This document shows positions 54,334 to 62,526 of a stretch of DNA of 64,000 nucleotides, piece by piece. A program made the position numbers and the translations under genes. The DNA lies in NCBI GenBank assembly GCA_036644995.1, contig JAVXOZ010000005.1, positions 28,067-92,066 on the forward strand. The letters are read 5' to 3'. Numbering within the stretch: the first letter of the stretch is position 1; each line of letters starts with the position of its first letter. Below the pieces are notes generated by a model. It saw nothing but the letters and a program-made list of their open reading frames with translations, was not told the DNA's origin and did no database searches. This stretch comes from Clostridiales bacterium (GTDB lineage Bacteria; Bacillota; Dehalobacteriia; UBA7702).

Positions 54334-54373
54334 AACGGAGCATAAAGCTCCGTTAATCGGTGCATCAAATGAA

Positions 54374-54577
54374 TTATTTTAGACCGTATTTCTTTTTGAA
54401 CTTATCTACACGGCCGCCTTCTTCTACTAAGAAGCGTCTGCTGCCTGTATAGAAGGGATGGCATTGAGAACAAACTTCAACTCTGATATCCTTTTTGGTG
54501 GATTTAGACATAAATTTGTTGCCACATGCACAAGTGATTTCTACTTCATCATAAGCAGGATGAATACCTTTTTTCAT
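54374..54577 (-). CDS. rpmE: 50S ribosomal protein L31 (type A, Zn-ribbon)
   Basis: Start MKKGIHP at ATG 54577, 8 nt after AGAGG. The CxC...CxxC Zn motif is present. Confidence 0.92.
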   Translation of the reverse strand: MKKGIHPAYDEVEITCACGNKFMSKSTKKDIRVEVCSQCHPFYTGSRRFLVEEGGRVDKFKKKYGLK

Positions 54578-54632
54578 ACCTGTCACCTCTCTTTTCTCAA
54601 ATCGGTATGGTGGATATTTTCATGCAGGAGTA

Positions 54633-54674
54633 ATTATATCACATTAATTTTCATAATGCAAGAAAATTAATGTG
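54633..54674 (-). promoter_or_regulatory. rpmE promoter embedded in a 13-bp perfect palindrome
   Basis: On the minus strand, TTGCAT, 17 nt, TATAAT. CACATTAATTTTC/GAAAATTAATGTG (54640-54674) encloses the -35. Confidence 0.6.
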
Positions 54675-54692
54675 GTTTTCTACTATATTTTA

Positions 54693-55925
54693 TTATATTT
54701 TTGGGGTGGAATAATTTCCAACATCTATGCCTTCTTTACGTAAAATACGCAGTAATTTTTCCATGCCCAAGGATTTGGTTTTTTCCATGGCTAAAGCCTC
54801 ATAAAAATAATCGCAATCTATATTCAAATTGCGTATTTGCACTTTTTGTAATTGGGTGCGGTTTATAAAGCCCAGCAACGCTTCTACCTCATCTTCTCTA
54901 TCGGTAAACCCGGGAAAAGATAAAAGATTAAGTGATACGTAAACACCGCTTTCCACAGCATATTTCACCGAAGCTTCCACATCTTTTAAGGTGTATGCCT
55001 TGGGGCGATAATATGCGTTGTAGTGCTCTGATATTGCGGAAAAAATGCTCACCCTTAAGGTATCTATGCCGCTATCCACAATTTGCTCTATACAGCCTGT
55101 GTGCCCTGCATTGGTGTTCATATTTACAGTACCTTCATTGGTGTTTTTGCGGATGATTTTAATGGCTTTGCTCACACGCTCAGCCTCAAGTGAAGGCTCA
55201 CCCTCACACCCTTGACCAAAGCTGATAATATTTTCTCTGCCCTTGGCATTGAGGTGATAAATACCAACCTCGGCAATTTCTTTTACTCTGGGGCGAAAAT
55301 TAATTCTGCCTTGGGGTGAAGGACAACACTGGCTCTCTTGCAAAGATATACAGCCAATGCACCGTGCATTACAATATTGAGATACAGGCAAGCCACCTTC
55401 CCAACGTCTGTAAAAAATATTTTGAGCAGTAAAACAGCCATATTCCATGGAACAATGTGCCAGCTGAGTTATAATGCGATTATGGGGCAAAGCGTTTTTT
55501 ACCTTTTTAATACGCATAGCCAAATCCGTGGTATTATAGTGGTTGGGGTGCCATTTTTTGTGCTCATCTGTTTGAATAGCCGCCACATAAGGAGTATCCC
55601 CTTCCATAGCCACTGCGGTGTAACCTAAAATAGGCAATACCTTTTCTTGAACATTTTCAGGTGTTTCATAAGCAGGCAGTAATGTTCTGGTAAAACCTTG
55701 GGGCAATAATGCTGCCACAGGCCAACCTTGATTTTCTGAAGCTACAATTCTACCTGATACATTGCGACCCAAAGCCATGCGGCCGGGTAAAGATGTTAAC
55801 GTTGCTCCTTCGGGCATGGGTATAAAATTTTCTGAAGTTACAACTTCGCTGCCACGCACAGCAACGGCATCTAAATTTTTATCTACCAAAAGGTCACCAT
55901 TTTTATTTGTATATAATAATTTCAT
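54693..55925 (-). CDS. radical SAM protein of unknown specificity
   Basis: 410 aa with the CNARCIGC cluster motif after a ~170-aa N-terminal domain. Confidence 0.75.
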   Translation of the reverse strand: MKLLYTNKNGDLLVDKNLDAVAVRGSEVVTSENFIPMPEGATLTSLPGRMALGRNVSGRIVASENQGWPVAALLPQGFTRTLLPAYETPENVQEKVLPILGYTAVAMEGDTPYVAAIQTDEHKKWHPNHYNTTDLAMRIKKVKNALPHNRIITQLAHCSMEYGCFTAQNIFYRRWEGGLPVSQYCNARCIGCISLQESQCCPSPQGRINFRPRVKEIAEVGIYHLNAKGRENIISFGQGCEGEPSLEAERVSKAIKIIRKNTNEGTVNMNTNAGHTGCIEQIVDSGIDTLRVSIFSAISEHYNAYYRPKAYTLKDVEASVKYAVESGVYVSLNLLSFPGFTDREDEVEALLGFINRTQLQKVQIRNLNIDCDYFYEALAMEKTKSLGMEKLLRILRKEGIDVGNYSTPKI

Positions 55926-56440
55926 TTTTCAATTCCACTTTCGTGATATTTTTCTCAATTTCTCATTTTTGTAATTTATCATATAGTTTAATTATTCAAT
56001 AAAAATATACAAAATCCTTTAAACTTAGGTTAAATTACCTTAAGATAGGCAAAAATTGTGGTTAATCTGTGGTTTTATCACTTTTACTCTTAAATAAGAC
56101 TTGAATATTGTTGCAAAATATATTACTATATAATATGAATGCAGAATTTACCTTTTGCAAAAATCTGAAAATTTATGCCTTTTTAAATACAGGATTTATT
56201 AAAAATTCAAGCCGTGGGTATTTACTTTTAAAAACTTAAAATAAGGAAACATTTAGGCACTTTAAAATTAGGCTGAAAAAATTATACCTTAACAATTTAC
56301 CCACCATGTTTTTCAAGACTACACTTTTTTAAGCATATTAATATAGATTTTACCGTAAAAACCATTTATATATTCAATTTACCGTAAACCAAAAAAACAA
56401 CTTGGTTTACTGCATTAATTATTATGGGGGATTTTTTATA

Positions 56441-57838
56441 ATGAGGGATTTTTTTAAGAATAAAAAAAAGAATATCGCACCTCAACCTCAAGAACAACTA
56501 TATGCTGTTTTTATTCAAAGTAACGACAGAATATATCATTTGGATAAAGAATGTGCAGGTGTGGGCTGTATTACCATCAATAACAAAATAGCCCGTTGCC
56601 AAGCCAGAAAACCATGCCAACTGTGCGCAAAAAACCGTCCTGCGTACAATGCCCCAATAATTTCCCCAGAGGAAAATACCAAGGCATATACACACACACC
56701 CAAACCACCCTTAACACCACCACCTGCCATAGCCAATAAAGAAAATACAGCCACGGCGGATAGCAATATAAATACGCCATTATCACCTTTAAATGCCCAA
56801 GCTGACCTTGGTGTAAACCCTACCCTTGAGCCAAGCCCAGAAGCTGAAAATTTAGATATGCCGCCCTTAGCTCAAGAAGCCGCAGCCAAAAATCCCCAAA
56901 TGGAACTTAATGATATTATCGCCCCAAAAGAGCAAGCCATACCATCGGTAATTTTAAATAATGAAATAAATCCAGATAATGGCATTGCATCGGATAATAT
57001 TACCATTGCAGAAAATAACAGCGAAAATAGCAATATCGAGGAAAAAAACAGTCTTATCCAAGATATAAAAAAAGAAGATATAGAAAAACTTTTTCCTTTA
57101 CCCACAGAAAATATTGAAGATGAAAAACCTCTATCTTGGGAATCTCTTAAAGAAATGCCCCTTGCTTCCAGTACCGAAGAAGTTGCAGAAAAAATTGTAA
57201 GTGATGAGGGTGAAATTTCAGGGAATATCTCTGAAAACATTGAAGATGAAAAACCCCTATCTTGGGAATCACTTAAGGTAATGCCCCTTAACCCCAACAC
57301 CGAAGAAGTTGCGGAAAAAATTGTAAGTGACGAGGGTGAAATTTCAGCCAATATCTCTGAAAATATTGAAGATGAAAAACCATCGGTATCGCCACTGGTT
57401 TTTAACAGCACCCAAGCCACGGCAATGGCTGAGGAAAATATAACTAACACAGAAACACCAATGCCAAACCCGATAATGGCACCGATTTCCTCATCTATAT
57501 CCACAGATGAAAATGACTTAAACCCCAAAAATCAAGGCACAAATATACCGATATTAACCAGAGTACCCCTTACACCTTTGCTGGAAACACAAGAACCCTT
57601 GACTGAACATCACCATACAGAACCAAAAAAACAAAAAAAAACCGGTAAAACCCAAAACTTAGTATTTGGTAAATTAGACAAGGTTTCCATTGTTGGCATC
57701 GCCATATTTACACTGACTATTTTGGTTATAATTGCCAATTTTGCCACAGGTGGCATAGTGCCCAAAGATAAAGTAGATGCCTTGAGCTGCAATACAGAAA
57801 TATCTTGTAATATTGATAACTATGATTTAAAATTTTAA
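56441..57838 (+). CDS. hypothetical protein: N-terminal Cys motif, ~340-aa acidic disordered region with 42-aa repeats, C-terminal TM
   Basis: ATG 56441 follows GGGGGA. YHLDKEC..C...C..C motif. 126-nt tandem repeats at 57107-57382. TM segment VSIVGIAIFTLTILVIIANFA. Confidence 0.7.
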   Translation: MRDFFKNKKKNIAPQPQEQLYAVFIQSNDRIYHLDKECAGVGCITINNKIARCQARKPCQLCAKNRPAYNAPIISPEENTKAYTHTPKPPLTPPPAIANKENTATADSNINTPLSPLNAQADLGVNPTLEPSPEAENLDMPPLAQEAAAKNPQMELNDIIAPKEQAIPSVILNNEINPDNGIASDNITIAENNSENSNIEEKNSLIQDIKKEDIEKLFPLPTENIEDEKPLSWESLKEMPLASSTEEVAEKIVSDEGEISGNISENIEDEKPLSWESLKVMPLNPNTEEVAEKIVSDEGEISANISENIEDEKPSVSPLVFNSTQATAMAEENITNTETPMPNPIMAPISSSISTDENDLNPKNQGTNIPILTRVPLTPLLETQEPLTEHHHTEPKKQKKTGKTQNLVFGKLDKVSIVGIAIFTLTILVIIANFATGGIVPKDKVDALSCNTEISCNIDNYDLKF

Positions 57839-57984
57839 GTATTAAAAAAACCCTGCATCTTTATACACGGATTTGCCCCAGATAAAAATAATATATTCAT
57901 AAAATATTCTACCTTTTATAGCTTTGCAAACTTTTTAAAATTCTAACCTTTCAAATTAATACTTCACAATAAAGGGGGAAAAAC

Positions 57985-58350
57985 ATGAAAACCGGAAAAC
58001 TGCTTATTGGCATATTATGTATTTTATTATGCTTTTTTATAACTTTTCAATCCTGTGCCGCAGGAGTACACAACTTTTTTGCAAACACAGGTGAGGTTGG
58101 GGGCACAGCAGGTTTAATAACGGCATTGTTGATGCTAACAGCTGGTATAGTTGGAATTGCCACTCGCAATTATCACAAAAGAGGCGGTGCACTTTCAGCC
58201 ATGATACTTTACTGTGTGGCTGCACTTTTTGCCATTCTTTTAGCAGGCTCCTATATAGACCTAATTATTTGGGGAATTTTATGTTTGGCATTTGCGGCTT
58301 TTTATTTAGCCGATATAATAATAGAAAACAATCCATTGATAGGTGAATAA
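57985..58350 (+). CDS. small hypothetical membrane protein
   Basis: AAGGGGG RBS. 121 aa with 4 predicted TM segments. Confidence 0.55.
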   Translation: MKTGKLLIGILCILLCFFITFQSCAAGVHNFFANTGEVGGTAGLITALLMLTAGIVGIATRNYHKRGGALSAMILYCVAALFAILLAGSYIDLIIWGILCLAFAAFYLADIIIENNPLIGE

Positions 58351-58480
58351 ATAAGGGCTTTGGATTTTAAAATTATAAACAACTGATTAGGATTATAAAA
58401 AACAAAACTCCACAAAACTACATAATCACAATCCGTTTAATTTTAAAAAGCTCTTAAAATACAAATAGGGAAAATATTAA

Positions 58481-58526
58481 ATAGCCTTGGGTAAATTTAC
58501 TGATTTATAAATTTACCCAAGGCTAT
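58481..58526. other. 19-bp perfect inverted repeat (hairpin or palindrome)
   Basis: ATAGCCTTGGGTAAATTTA, 8 nt, TAAATTTACCCAAGGCTAT. No clear U-tract on either strand. Confidence 0.85.
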
Positions 58527-58531
58527 AACCA

Positions 58532-58660
58532 ATTTAGGTGGGAAGTAACCATGCACACCTGTGGATTTTAGATGGAAAGCAACTGGCATCTCTGTGAATT
58601 TCTGGTGGGGAGTAAATAATCATCGCTATAAATTTAGGTGAGAAGTAAATAAACACCTTA
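58532..58660. repeat. degenerate tandem array, about four 33-nt units
   Basis: Each unit begins ATTTAGGTGGGAAGTAA, ATTTTAGATGGAAAGCAA, ATTTCTGGTGGGGAGTAA or ATTTAGGTGAGAAGTAA. Confidence 0.7.
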
Positions 58661-58707
58661 AATATTTTACGGCACTAATCCAAAACAAAAAAGAGCCTAC
58701 ATAATTT

Positions 58708-58747
58708 AAAAAACCCCAAATCCTGTTAAAAAAGGATTTGGGGTTTT
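58708..58747 (-). terminator. intrinsic terminator of the glpX operon
   Basis: 12-bp stem AACCCCAAATCC/GGATTTGGGGTT followed by TTTTTTAAATT on the minus strand. Confidence 0.85.
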
Positions 58748-58771
58748 GTGTATACATTAAATATGCAGATT

Positions 58772-59770
58772 TTATTTGCCTGCAAAGCCCGGTACATCTT
58801 TGGTAATAATATTTATCAAAGGTTTTTTGCTGAAATCGTGGATGGTTTCCACAAAACGCATAGTACCTGTTTTTGCTCTTAATACCAAGGAATGGGTGGT
58901 AGCACCAACGCCATCATAAACCACACCACGAAGCAAAGGCCCTGTGCTGATACCTGTGGCGGCAAACATAATTTCCTCACCTGCTGCCATATCTTCCAAG
59001 GTTAAAAGTTTTTCATCATCTGCAACACCAAGTTCTGCCATTCTTTGGCGGTCCTCATCATCTTCGGGCCACAATCTACCTTGCATATCACCGCCCAAAC
59101 ATTTTAAAGCAGCAGCAGCAATAACACCTTCAGGTGCACCGCCAATACCTATCATCGCATCAATGCCGGAACCGGGGATAGCACAGGCAACCGCAGGAGC
59201 AACATCACCATCAGTAATAAGCTGAATGCGACAACCGCATTTTCTCAATTCATCAATAATGGGTTGATGGCGCTCACGATCCAACACCACAACGGTTAAA
59301 TCGCAAAGGTGTTTATCCAAAGCTTTAGCTATATTATTCATATTTTCTGTAACACTGGCATCTAATTGAATTTTGCCTTTGGCTTTGGGGCCAACGCAAA
59401 TTTTATCCATATACATATCCGGAGCATGGAGCAAGCCGCCTTTTTCACCTGCTGCCAAAACAGCAATGGCACCACTGGCACCTTTTGCCACCAAATTTGT
59501 ACCTTCCAAGGGGTCCACCGCAATATCAACCAAGGGTTCTTTGGCATTGCCAACGGGTTCGCCGATGTAAAGCATAGGAGCTTCATCCATTTCCCCTTCA
59601 CCAATAACCACGGTACCATTAATGGGTATAGTATCAAAAACTGCTCTCATACCACGTACAGCAGCGTCGTCAGCAGCCATTTTATCGCCTCTGCCCTGCC
59701 AATAGCCCGATGCCAAAGCAGCAGCTTCAGTAACACGCACAAAGTCTAAAGTTAATCCTCGTTCTAACAT
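58772..59770 (-). CDS. glpX: class II fructose-1,6-bisphosphatase
   Basis: 332 aa with GlpX-like sequence throughout. Confidence 0.92.
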   Translation of the reverse strand: MLERGLTLDFVRVTEAAALASGYWQGRGDKMAADDAAVRGMRAVFDTIPINGTVVIGEGEMDEAPMLYIGEPVGNAKEPLVDIAVDPLEGTNLVAKGASGAIAVLAAGEKGGLLHAPDMYMDKICVGPKAKGKIQLDASVTENMNNIAKALDKHLCDLTVVVLDRERHQPIIDELRKCGCRIQLITDGDVAPAVACAIPGSGIDAMIGIGGAPEGVIAAAALKCLGGDMQGRLWPEDDEDRQRMAELGVADDEKLLTLEDMAAGEEIMFAATGISTGPLLRGVVYDGVGATTHSLVLRAKTGTMRFVETIHDFSKKPLINIITKDVPGFAGK

Positions 59771-59782
59771 TTTTATCTCCTT

Positions 59783-60436
59783 TTATAAGCCTTTTAAACC
59801 GCTTTTTTCCCAATCTTTTTTGAAGGTAGCAATACCTGCATCTGTCAGGGGATGTTTTACCATTTTTTTCATAATAGCATAAGGTATCGTGGCAATATCC
59901 GCCCCTGCCAATGCCGCATCGCTAACGTCACGGGCACTTCTGATACTGGCGGCAATAACCTTTGTTTTTATATCGTATTGCCAAAAAATGGTTTTAATTT
60001 CTTCTATTAAAGCCTTGCCCTCAGCACCCACATCGTCCACTCTGCCTACAAAGGGGCTAACATAAGTTGCACCGGCTCTGGCTGCCAATAAGGCTTGATT
60101 TGCAGAAAAAACCAAAGTCATATTTGTTTTAAACCCCAAGGAAAAAAGAATAGTTTGAGCTTTTAACCCTTCCTCTGTGAGGGGTAATTTAATTACAATA
60201 TTATCGCCATATTTTTGAAGATTTTTGGCATCTTTCACCATATCTTCAGCTAAATCCCCTAAAACTTCCAAGCTTAAAGGTGCATCTACATATTTTCGCA
60301 CCTCTGCCATGAAATCCGATACGGGAATTTTTTCTTTTGCCAAAAGTGAGGGATTGGTGGTTAAACCACTTAATACACCCCAAGCTGCAATTTCTTTAAT
60401 TTCATCTAAATTTGCTGTATCTAAATAGAGTTCCAC
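59783..60436 (-). CDS. fsa: fructose-6-phosphate aldolase / short transaldolase family
   Basis: 217 aa, MELYLDTANLDEIKE...TTNPSL, typical of the family. Confidence 0.88.
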   Translation of the reverse strand: MELYLDTANLDEIKEIAAWGVLSGLTTNPSLLAKEKIPVSDFMAEVRKYVDAPLSLEVLGDLAEDMVKDAKNLQKYGDNIVIKLPLTEEGLKAQTILFSLGFKTNMTLVFSANQALLAARAGATYVSPFVGRVDDVGAEGKALIEEIKTIFWQYDIKTKVIAASIRSARDVSDAALAGADIATIPYAIMKKMVKHPLTDAGIATFKKDWEKSGLKGL

Positions 60437-60449
60437 GATAAATCCCCTT

Positions 60450-61385
60450 TTATGCTTTGCCGTCGCAACCTAAAACATTAATAAGTTTATTTTTTACCAA
60501 TTCATGGATATTGGCACGGGCTGGTTTTAAATATTGGCGGGGGTCAAAATGGTCGGGATGTTCTGCCATATATTTGCGGATAGTACCTGTCATTGCCAAG
60601 CGTAAATCGCTATCAATATTGATTTTGCAAACTGCCATTTTTGCAGCTTGACGCAACATATCTTCGGGTACACCAATGGCATCGGGCATATTGCCGCCAT
60701 ATTCATTTATCATTTTAACATATTCGGGAATAACAGAAGAAGAACCATGCAAAACAATGGGATAATTAGGCAAACGCTTGCCTACTTCTTCTAAAATATC
60801 AAATTTTAACTGTGGTTTTTGACCGGGTTTAAATTTATAAGCCCCATGGCTGGTACCAATGGCAATAGCCAAGGAATCCACCCCTGTTCTGTTTACAAAT
60901 TCTTCAACCTCATCGGGGCGAGTGTAGGAAGCATCTTCGGAATTTACGTTTACCGCATCTTCAATCCCTGCTAAACGACCTAATTCACCTTCCACAACCA
61001 CGCCTTTGCTATGGGCATATTCCACAACCTGCTTTGTAAGTTTAATATTTTCTTCAAAGCTCATTTTGCTGCCATCTATCATTACAGATGTGAAACCACC
61101 ATCAATACAGCCCTTACAGGTTTCAAAGGAATCGCCGTGGTCTAAGTGCAAACAAATGGGTAAGCCTGTTTCAATTTCTGCTGCTTCCACTAATTTTAAC
61201 AAATAAGTAGGATTAGCGTATTTTCTTGCCCCTGCGGAAACTTGGAGAATCAAAGGTGCGTTCACTTCTTTGGCTGCTTCGGTGATGCCTTGAATAATTT
61301 CCATATTATTTACGTTAAAAGCACCGATTGCATAGCCACCTTTATAAGCCTTTTCAAACATTTCTTTTGAAGTTACTAATGGCAT
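60450..61385 (-). CDS. fba: class II fructose-bisphosphate aldolase
   Basis: 311 aa with LHLDHG and VLHGSS motifs. Confidence 0.92.
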   Translation of the reverse strand: MPLVTSKEMFEKAYKGGYAIGAFNVNNMEIIQGITEAAKEVNAPLILQVSAGARKYANPTYLLKLVEAAEIETGLPICLHLDHGDSFETCKGCIDGGFTSVMIDGSKMSFEENIKLTKQVVEYAHSKGVVVEGELGRLAGIEDAVNVNSEDASYTRPDEVEEFVNRTGVDSLAIAIGTSHGAYKFKPGQKPQLKFDILEEVGKRLPNYPIVLHGSSSVIPEYVKMINEYGGNMPDAIGVPEDMLRQAAKMAVCKINIDSDLRLAMTGTIRKYMAEHPDHFDPRQYLKPARANIHELVKNKLINVLGCDGKA

Positions 61386-61387
61386 TA

Positions 61388-62515
61388 TTAAACACTTCCT
61401 TTATATATTTTTTTTACCGATGATGCCACAGCAGTGCGGCGTAAGGGAACATCAACCACGGTGCCCACTTTTGCATCGGTATTATCAAGCGAAATCACCG
61501 TGGTTTGCATGGCAATTCTGCCGATAACAGCCAAGGGTTTCTGCTCAAAATAAACAATGTTGTTGGGTCTGCGTCGCAAAAAGCTACGCAATAACTTTAA
61601 AGCCTGCCTTATAAAAATTTTCAACGATATATTATTTAAAGGTGGTTGTATACCGAATCCATCAGTATAGCCCACGGGTATAACACCTAAACGCATGGGT
61701 TTTTTAGCGGTAAAATCACCGCCATAGCCCACTTTTTCCCCTGTTTTTACTTCACGAACTTCCACAATTTTTGCTTTTCCCTGCCAAGTATCTTTTAAGT
61801 TCAAAGTACCTTTTAAAAACGGTGCAGGAAACTGCCCGTAAAGCAAAGTGCCCACCCGCACATAATCATAGCGAGCTTCAGGGTGGGATATAGATGCTGC
61901 ACTGTTACTTAAATGCACATCGAAATTATAATCTATATAGCTGCGTATCACCTGTAAAATACCATCAAAGGTATCTATTTGTTTTTGTGTTTGGGGGTGA
62001 TTTTGTATCAAAGCCGTGGGTAAATGGGAAAAAACCGAAGCAATTTTCAAATTGGGATATTCCTTTAATTTAAGAAAAAAGTCGGGAATATCCTCGGCAT
62101 TAATACCAAAACGGTTCATGCCTGTATTTATTTTTAAATGAAAAAAACATTCTTTTTCAGCGGCTGCCTCAGATAAATGCCCCAAATTTTCAGCATTATC
62201 CAAAGTGGGAGCTAAATTTAAAGAGAGAATCTCTTTATAATATTGGGGTAAAGATGGTGCCATCATTAAAATTGGGGATTTTATGCCCCCCACTCTCAAT
62301 TCCCGTGCTTCACCAAAGTGGCTCACCGCCAAATAATCCACATCTGCCTTTGCCAAAGCTTGGGCAGTTGCCAGTAAACCATGGCCATATGCCTGGGCTT
62401 TTACCACAGCCATAACGCCTTTTTGACCGCTTATTTTTTTCTTTATTTCCTGATAATTATAAATTAAATTATCTAAATTAACTTCTATCCAAAAATCCTC
62501 ATTTTGGTAAGACAT
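61388..62515 (-). CDS. alr: alanine racemase
   Basis: 375 aa with the VVKAQAYGHG PLP-lysine motif. Confidence 0.88.
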   Translation of the reverse strand: MSYQNEDFWIEVNLDNLIYNYQEIKKKISGQKGVMAVVKAQAYGHGLLATAQALAKADVDYLAVSHFGEARELRVGGIKSPILMMAPSLPQYYKEILSLNLAPTLDNAENLGHLSEAAAEKECFFHLKINTGMNRFGINAEDIPDFFLKLKEYPNLKIASVFSHLPTALIQNHPQTQKQIDTFDGILQVIRSYIDYNFDVHLSNSAASISHPEARYDYVRVGTLLYGQFPAPFLKGTLNLKDTWQGKAKIVEVREVKTGEKVGYGGDFTAKKPMRLGVIPVGYTDGFGIQPPLNNISLKIFIRQALKLLRSFLRRRPNNIVYFEQKPLAVIGRIAMQTTVISLDNTDAKVGTVVDVPLRRTAVASSVKKIYKGSV

Positions 62516-62526
62516 GATTATCCCTC

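Noticed and set aside
56872-57528. The 218-aa minus-strand ORF antisense to the 56441..57838 gene, and similar antisense ORFs 1963..2421, 4181..4435, 25881..26213 and 26919..27449
   Set aside because: They are Ser/Phe-rich mirror images of acidic or basic low-complexity coding regions on the other strand. They have no RBS, and the sense-strand genes have recognisable domains.
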